Position numbers and translations under genes: made by a program | In this document: piece after piece, positions 6,916 through 10,955 of the stretch | Layout of the letters: every line of letters starts with the position of its first letter | Numbering within the stretch: the stretch's first letter is position 1 | Notes under the pieces: model-generated | Seen by the model: the letters and a program-made list of their open reading frames with translations, nothing else | Told to the model about the DNA's origin: nothing | Databases searched by the model: none | DNA from: Campylobacterota bacterium | Lineage (GTDB): Bacteria; Campylobacterota; Campylobacteria; Campylobacterales; Sulfurimonadaceae | NCBI GenBank assembly: GCA_034717975.1 | Contig: JAYEMF010000105.1 | Coordinates: 1-10,955, forward strand | Direction: 5' to 3' | Length of the DNA stretch: 10,955 nucleotides

Positions 6916-8178
6916 TGCTGAACGCACCTCTTCAGCCACCTTTTTTTCATCGACCAGCATCAACAGCACTCCCCCTAAAATGAAGAAGATGGCTACCGAT
7001 GCGATCCCTGCACGGGAGCTCTCTGTCATCACCGCAACAATTCCCACCAGTGCGGGCCCAAGAATCGCGGCAAATTTTCCCAGAACATTGTAAAAACCGA
7101 AAAATTCTGCGGCATACTCTTTCGGGATCATCCTGGCATAGTAGGAACGGCTCAGTGCCTGGATACCGCCTTGTACGAGGGCTATAAGGATCGCAAGCAG
7201 GTAAAACTCGTAAACCTGATCCATGACAGTTGCCCAGAGTGTAATGAAGAGGTAGATGCCGATAGCGAGATAGATCGCTTTTTTGGTATCCCACCGTTGT
7301 GCGAGGAAGGCAAAAAAGAGTGTTGCCGGAAATCCGACAAACTGGACGATCAGCAGGGCAACGATAAGGCTTTTAGGGTCAAAACCGATCGCCATACCGT
7401 AATCGACCGCCATACGGATAATGGTGTCGACCCCGTCAATATAGAGCCAATAGGCGACAAGGAAAAGCAGCAGCCCTTTGAGCGAACGTATCTTTTTCAG
7501 TGTGCCGATCAGCCGTTTATAACCGAGCAGTGCCGTTTGGATACTCCCTTTTTTCTCTTCGTTTTTCTTCTCCTCGACGAAAAGCAGAAGCGGCAGGGAG
7601 AAGAGCGCCCACCAGAGTGCCACGGTAATGAAAGCGACTTTGACAGCCTCGGCTTCATCTGCCAGAGAGAAAAATGCCGGAAACTGTACCATGGCAACAT
7701 TGAGGGCAAAAAGAATACCGCCGCCAAGGTAGCCCAGGGCAAAGCCCAGTCCGGAGACACGGTCAAACTGTCTCTCCTTTGCTACGGAGGGGAGCAGGGC
7801 ATCATAAAAGGTATTGGAGCCCATGAAACCGATATTGCCCAGGACATAGACGAAAATCGCCATCTCCCACTCACCTTCACCGACAAAAGCCAGTGCTGCA
7901 CTCATAAGAATACCCAGATAGGCAAAGATAAAGAGAAACCGTTTCTTTACACTGCCGACATCGGCAATGGCACCAAGCAGCGGGGCGATGAGTACGATGA
8001 CCAGGCTGGAGACGGCATTGGCAAACCCAAGCTGTGCCGTACTCATGGTGACATCGGCCTCGGCACTGAAATAGGATTTGAAGAAGAGCGGGAAAAATCC
8101 TGCCATAACGGTCGTAGCATAGGCGGAATTGGCCCAGTCGTACATGGCCCAGGCATAGATGGATCGTTTTTCATTCAT
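6907..8178 (-). CDS. MFS transporter (UMF1/Atg22-like)
   Basis: 423 aa with about 12 hydrophobic segments and motifs WAMYDWANSAY, APLLGAIAD, GFALGYLGG, SRSYYARMIP and EFFGFY. Its 3' end overlaps the acyltransferase gene by 9 nt. Confidence 0.9.
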   Translation of the reverse strand: MNEKRSIYAWAMYDWANSAYATTVMAGFFPLFFKSYFSAEADVTMSTAQLGFANAVSSLVIVLIAPLLGAIADVGSVKKRFLFIFAYLGILMSAALAFVGEGEWEMAIFVYVLGNIGFMGSNTFYDALLPSVAKERQFDRVSGLGFALGYLGGGILFALNVAMVQFPAFFSLADEAEAVKVAFITVALWWALFSLPLLLFVEEKKNEEKKGSIQTALLGYKRLIGTLKKIRSLKGLLLFLVAYWLYIDGVDTIIRMAVDYGMAIGFDPKSLIVALLIVQFVGFPATLFFAFLAQRWDTKKAIYLAIGIYLFITLWATVMDQVYEFYLLAILIALVQGGIQALSRSYYARMIPKEYAAEFFGFYNVLGKFAAILGPALVGIVAVMTESSRAGIASVAIFFILGGVLLMLVDEKKVAEEVRSALT

Positions 8179-8195
8179 ATAGGTATCATACCTAT
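8179..8195. promoter_or_regulatory. Perfect 8-1-8 palindrome, candidate operator containing a minus-strand -10 (TATGAT)
   Basis: ATAGGTAT-C-ATACCTAT directly abuts the MFS start codon. Confidence 0.55.
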
Positions 8196-8219
8196 GTAAA
8201 GGTTAGGATAGAATGAGAT

Positions 8220-8963
8220 ATGAACTTTATAGAACTGTTTGCAAAGCCCAGCCTTATTGCAGCCCATCGCGGTGATCGTTCCCATCAACCTGAGAATACA
8301 TTGGCGGCACTGCAATCAAGTGTCGGAAAGTGTGACTTTATCGAGATCGACGTGCAGTTGAGCAGAGATGGAATAGCTGTCATTGTTCATGACGAGACGC
8401 TTGAACGTACCAGTAGTGTTCAAAAACAATTTCCAAACCGTAAGCCTTGGCGAGTTGCCGACTTCACGTTGGCGGAGTTGAAAACGCTTGATTTCGGAAG
8501 TTGGTTCAATGGTGATTTTGAACCGATACTTACCCTTGACAGTGCATTGGCATTCGCTGTTCAGGAGAGAGAGTATTTGAATGTCGAGATCAAGGATATG
8601 TCACAGCTTTACAACGATGAAGATACCGTGCAAAAAATATTTGACTCTATCAGAAAGTACCATGCCGAGTCGTCAGTGCTGCTTTCATCGTTTCATCATC
8701 ACTATCTGCAGTTAAGCAAAAAGATAGCACCCCAGATCCCTACCGCTGCTCTACAGGAGACGAAAAGAGAAGGTCTGGTCGATTACCTCGGTTTACTCAA
8801 TGTCGATGCCTGTCATCTTGATGATGCTATCACTGAGCGTGAAACGGTAAAGCGTTTACGTAATGCGGGTTTTGTTGTCAATGTATACACGGTCAATGAC
8901 CCGTTACGTCAAAAAGAGCTCTTTGCCTGGGGCGTGAATGGGGTGTTTACAGATAGTATCTAA
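8220..8963 (+). CDS. Glycerophosphodiester phosphodiesterase (GDPD, UgpQ/GlpQ family), cytoplasmic
   Basis: Motifs AHRG, PENTLAA, EIDVQLSRDG, HDETLERT, NVEIK, YTVND and GVFTD. No signal peptide. Confidence 0.93.
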   Translation: MNFIELFAKPSLIAAHRGDRSHQPENTLAALQSSVGKCDFIEIDVQLSRDGIAVIVHDETLERTSSVQKQFPNRKPWRVADFTLAELKTLDFGSWFNGDFEPILTLDSALAFAVQEREYLNVEIKDMSQLYNDEDTVQKIFDSIRKYHAESSVLLSSFHHHYLQLSKKIAPQIPTAALQETKREGLVDYLGLLNVDACHLDDAITERETVKRLRNAGFVVNVYTVNDPLRQKELFAWGVNGVFTDSI

Positions 8964-9026
8964 GCACTCATTTTTGTACGCTATTTATTGAGAATGAGAG
9001 TTTTATAAAAAATAAACATTTTTCAG

Positions 9027-9032
9027 TATAAT
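9027..9032 (+). promoter_or_regulatory. -10 box for the beta-barrel gene
   Basis: TATAAT 19 nt upstream of ATG 9052, followed by an AAAAGG SD-like site. Confidence 0.45.
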
Positions 9033-9051
9033 TTATAAAAAGGTTATAGGC

Positions 9052-9666
9052 ATGTTCAAGAATACAATCATAACTGCTGTAACTACATATTTACTCATAA
9101 GCTCTTCACTATGTGCAGATTCTGACTATTATGGAAAAATAGGGGTTAGTTATGCTGGTGATAAAATAGTTGAAGGGACAGATTATAAAACAAGAAATTA
9201 TACCTTTAACAAGGGAGTAGGGGCCCAGATAGCAGTTGGGTACGATCTCGAAATTATGAGTATAGAGGGAGAGTACACTTATAGTACTGCCGATATGAAG
9301 AGTGTAGAACTATTGGATGAAAGTAGAAGTGTTGATATCAGTGGTTATCAAGATATCCATTCCCTGATGGTTAATGCCCTGTATCATCCCGTCATGAATG
9401 AGAAATTCAGTCCTTATATTGGCTTTGGTTTAGGGTTTTCTTCTGTTTTATATGAGAGCGCCAACATCGATGTTGAAGATAGTGCTTTGACTCTTACATC
9501 CCAGTTCATGTTAGGCTCATCGTATAAGATTTTGGATGATATTGAACTCAATATTGAATTAAGACACAAAATGCTGCAAAGTTATGATATTTCAGGGATT
9601 GGAGAAGTTAACTCAGATAATTACAATGAGCTGTTCTTCGCACTAGTTTACAGGTTTACACCATAG
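9052..9666 (+). CDS. Small outer-membrane beta-barrel protein (OmpA-TM/opacity-like)
   Basis: Signal peptide, amphipathic strands (AVGYD, IEGEYTY, LMVNALY, FSPYIGFGLG) and a C-terminal LVYRF-TP. Confidence 0.8.
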   Translation: MFKNTIITAVTTYLLISSSLCADSDYYGKIGVSYAGDKIVEGTDYKTRNYTFNKGVGAQIAVGYDLEIMSIEGEYTYSTADMKSVELLDESRSVDISGYQDIHSLMVNALYHPVMNEKFSPYIGFGLGFSSVLYESANIDVEDSALTLTSQFMLGSSYKILDDIELNIELRHKMLQSYDISGIGEVNSDNYNELFFALVYRFTP

Positions 9667-9805
9667 GTGAGACCTTCTCCCGTTTAGTATTGTATATCTT
9701 CCTGCAATTCACACTTCTCACATAAATACCTGTTTCCATTGATATCCACTTACATACCTGTATAGTTACGCTAACTGCTTGGGAAATAAAGGTAAATGAT
9801 GAGAA

Positions 9806-9826
9806 GGGAGGGCTTTGCCCATTCCC
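9806..9826. terminator. GC-rich hairpin between convergent genes, possible intrinsic terminator
   Basis: GGGA-GGGC-ttt-GCCC-at-TCCC lies 15 nt past the stop of the Ig-domain gene. The U-tract is poor. Confidence 0.45.
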
Positions 9827-9841
9827 TCGTTGTTTAGTCTT

Positions 9842-10747
9842 TTAAGGGGTAACGGTCAAGGTGGATGCCGGGCTGTCTATCCCGTCAAGTGAGGCGGTAA
9901 TATCGGTGGTGCCGACATCGACCGTCGTTGCAAAACCTTCGGAACCGCCGGCATTGCTGATGGTGGCTGTTGCCTCTGTTGCGGAGCTCCAGGTGACAGA
10001 GGTCGTGATGTCCTGTGTCGTCGTATCGGAGTAGGTTCCGGTTGCGGTGAACTGGACATCCACGCCCAATGCCGTCGATGGGTCGGTCGGAGTTACAGCG
10101 ATAGATTCAAGGGTCGCCGCGGTAACGGTCAAGGTGGATGCCGGGCTGTCTATCCCGTCAAGTGAGGCGGTAATATCGGTGGTGCCGACATCGACCGTCG
10201 TTGCAAAACCTTCGGAACCGCCGGCATTGCTGATGGTGGCTGTTGCCTCTGTTGCGGAGCTCCAGGTGACAGAGGTCGTGATGTCCTGTGTCGTCGTATC
10301 GGAGTAGGTTCCGGTTGCGGTGAACTGGACATCCACGCCCAATGCCGTCGATGGGTCGGTAGGGTCTACTTGTATTGAGACAAGGGTCGCCGCGGTAACG
10401 GTCAAGGTGGATGCCGGGCTGTCTATCCCGTCAAGGGTAGCCGTGATATCGGTGGTGCCGGGTATAAACGAGGTAGCAAAACCATGCTTGTCAATAGCGG
10501 CAATCTCACTGTTTTGCGAACTCCATTGTACCTCTTCAGTTACGTCTTTAGTGGAGTTGTCAAGATAGATTAGTGTGGCATAGTACTGTTGCGTTGTTTT
10601 AAATGCAATCGACTTCTTTGCAGGCGTTATTTCGATTTTTGAGATACTGACACCTTCTGTACTACTGTCTGAATTTAAACATCCGGAAAAGCAGATTGAA
10701 AAGATTATGGCTGAAAATAAAAATAAGAAGTGGTTCTTTTTAAACAT
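9842..10747 (-). CDS. Lipoprotein with three tandem bacterial Ig-like (Big_2) domains
   Basis: Lipobox FSGC (Cys23), three domains with I.VTP...F.ATGTYSD.T..DIT..V.WSS...TITA...LTVT patterns, an AAAGGA SD, and TATAAT at 10772-10767. Confidence 0.88.
   Translation of the reverse strand: MFKKNHFLFLFSAIIFSICFSGCLNSDSSTEGVSISKIEITPAKKSIAFKTTQQYYATLIYLDNSTKDVTEEVQWSSQNSEIAAIDKHGFATSFIPGTTDITATLDGIDSPASTLTVTAATLVSIQVDPTDPSTALGVDVQFTATGTYSDTTTQDITTSVTWSSATEATATISNAGGSEGFATTVDVGTTDITASLDGIDSPASTLTVTAATLESIAVTPTDPSTALGVDVQFTATGTYSDTTTQDITTSVTWSSATEATATISNAGGSEGFATTVDVGTTDITASLDGIDSPASTLTVTP
9848..10435. repeat. Intragenic tandem repeat, 273-bp (91-codon) unit, two full copies plus a partial third
   Basis: Units start at 9848, 10121 and 10394. 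Bases 9848-10087 match 10121-10360 exactly (240 bp) and 10108-10162 match 10381-10435 exactly. Confidence 0.97.
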
Positions 10748-10825
10748 AAATCTATCCTTTTTATATATTATACATCAAATGAAATATAATGTAGAGGATG
10801 ATAACTGGCCCAATATTCTTAAATA

Positions 10826-10955
10826 TCACTCTTTTCCTGATGGATCATCCGCTTCGTCATCATGCCGCTTTGAGTGGTAAAACTGTTTGACTGCTTCGGA
10901 GAGTTCCTGCAGGCGTGCAACTACTTTGCCATTGAGAGATGTATCAGGAAAGTTG
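10826..10955 (-). CDS. 3' end of a gene, probably a Lon-like (LonB/LonC-type) AAA protease-family protein (partial)
   Basis: Manual translation gives ...NFPDTSLNGKVVARLQELSEAVKQFYHSKRHDDEADDPSGKE*. FP..S.NG.V..RL.EL resembles the C-terminal tail of Lon-like proteins, but only 42 aa are visible. Confidence 0.5.
   Translation of the reverse strand, partial: NFPDTSLNGKVVARLQELSEAVKQFYHSKRHDDEADDPSGKE

Noticed and set aside
7171..8199. 342-aa antisense ORF over the MFS gene
   Set aside because: It is in the exact mirror codon register of the MFS gene and has no recognisable motifs. Scarcity of TTA/CTA/TCA codons on the coding strand explains it.
9656..9739. 27-aa minus-strand ORF (METGIYVRSVNCRK...)
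   Set aside because: It is short, has only a weak SD, overlaps the end of the barrel gene and shows no recognisable motif.
9780..9835. GGGCAAAGCCC hairpin as a riboswitch or sRNA
   Set aside because: It lies downstream of two convergent genes and lacks the other conserved helices, so a terminator is the simpler explanation.
9848..10435. Repeat as a CRISPR array or a DGR template/variable-repeat pair
   Set aside because: The units are 273-bp in-frame protein domains without spacers. The mismatches are not adenine-specific and no reverse transcriptase or cas gene is in the window.

Overview
Bacterial chromosomal window, probably Campylobacterota (Sulfurimonas/Sulfurovum-like; inferred from gene content and the TATAAT/AAGGA signals, not proven), with mosaic GC content. 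From left to right: the start of a secreted-protein gene (-, partial); an AT-rich mazEF-type toxin-antitoxin pair with a perfect sigma70 promoter and a palindromic operator; a DUF2459-type lipoprotein; a GC-rich archease plus long (archaeal-type) RtcB RNA-ligase pair, divergent from an nfeD / SPFH(stomatin) / ACP-acyltransferase operon; an MFS transporter divergent from a glycerophosphodiester phosphodiesterase; an AT-rich outer-membrane beta-barrel gene; a lipoprotein with tandem Big_2 Ig-like domains built on a 273-bp near-perfect repeat; and the 3' end of a probable Lon-like protease gene. The main candidate system places an RNA-cutting toxin next to a matching RNA-repair ligase and its activator (apparently leaderless), back-to-back with membrane-scaffold, protease and lipid-remodelling genes. 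All family calls come from motif recognition; no database search was run.
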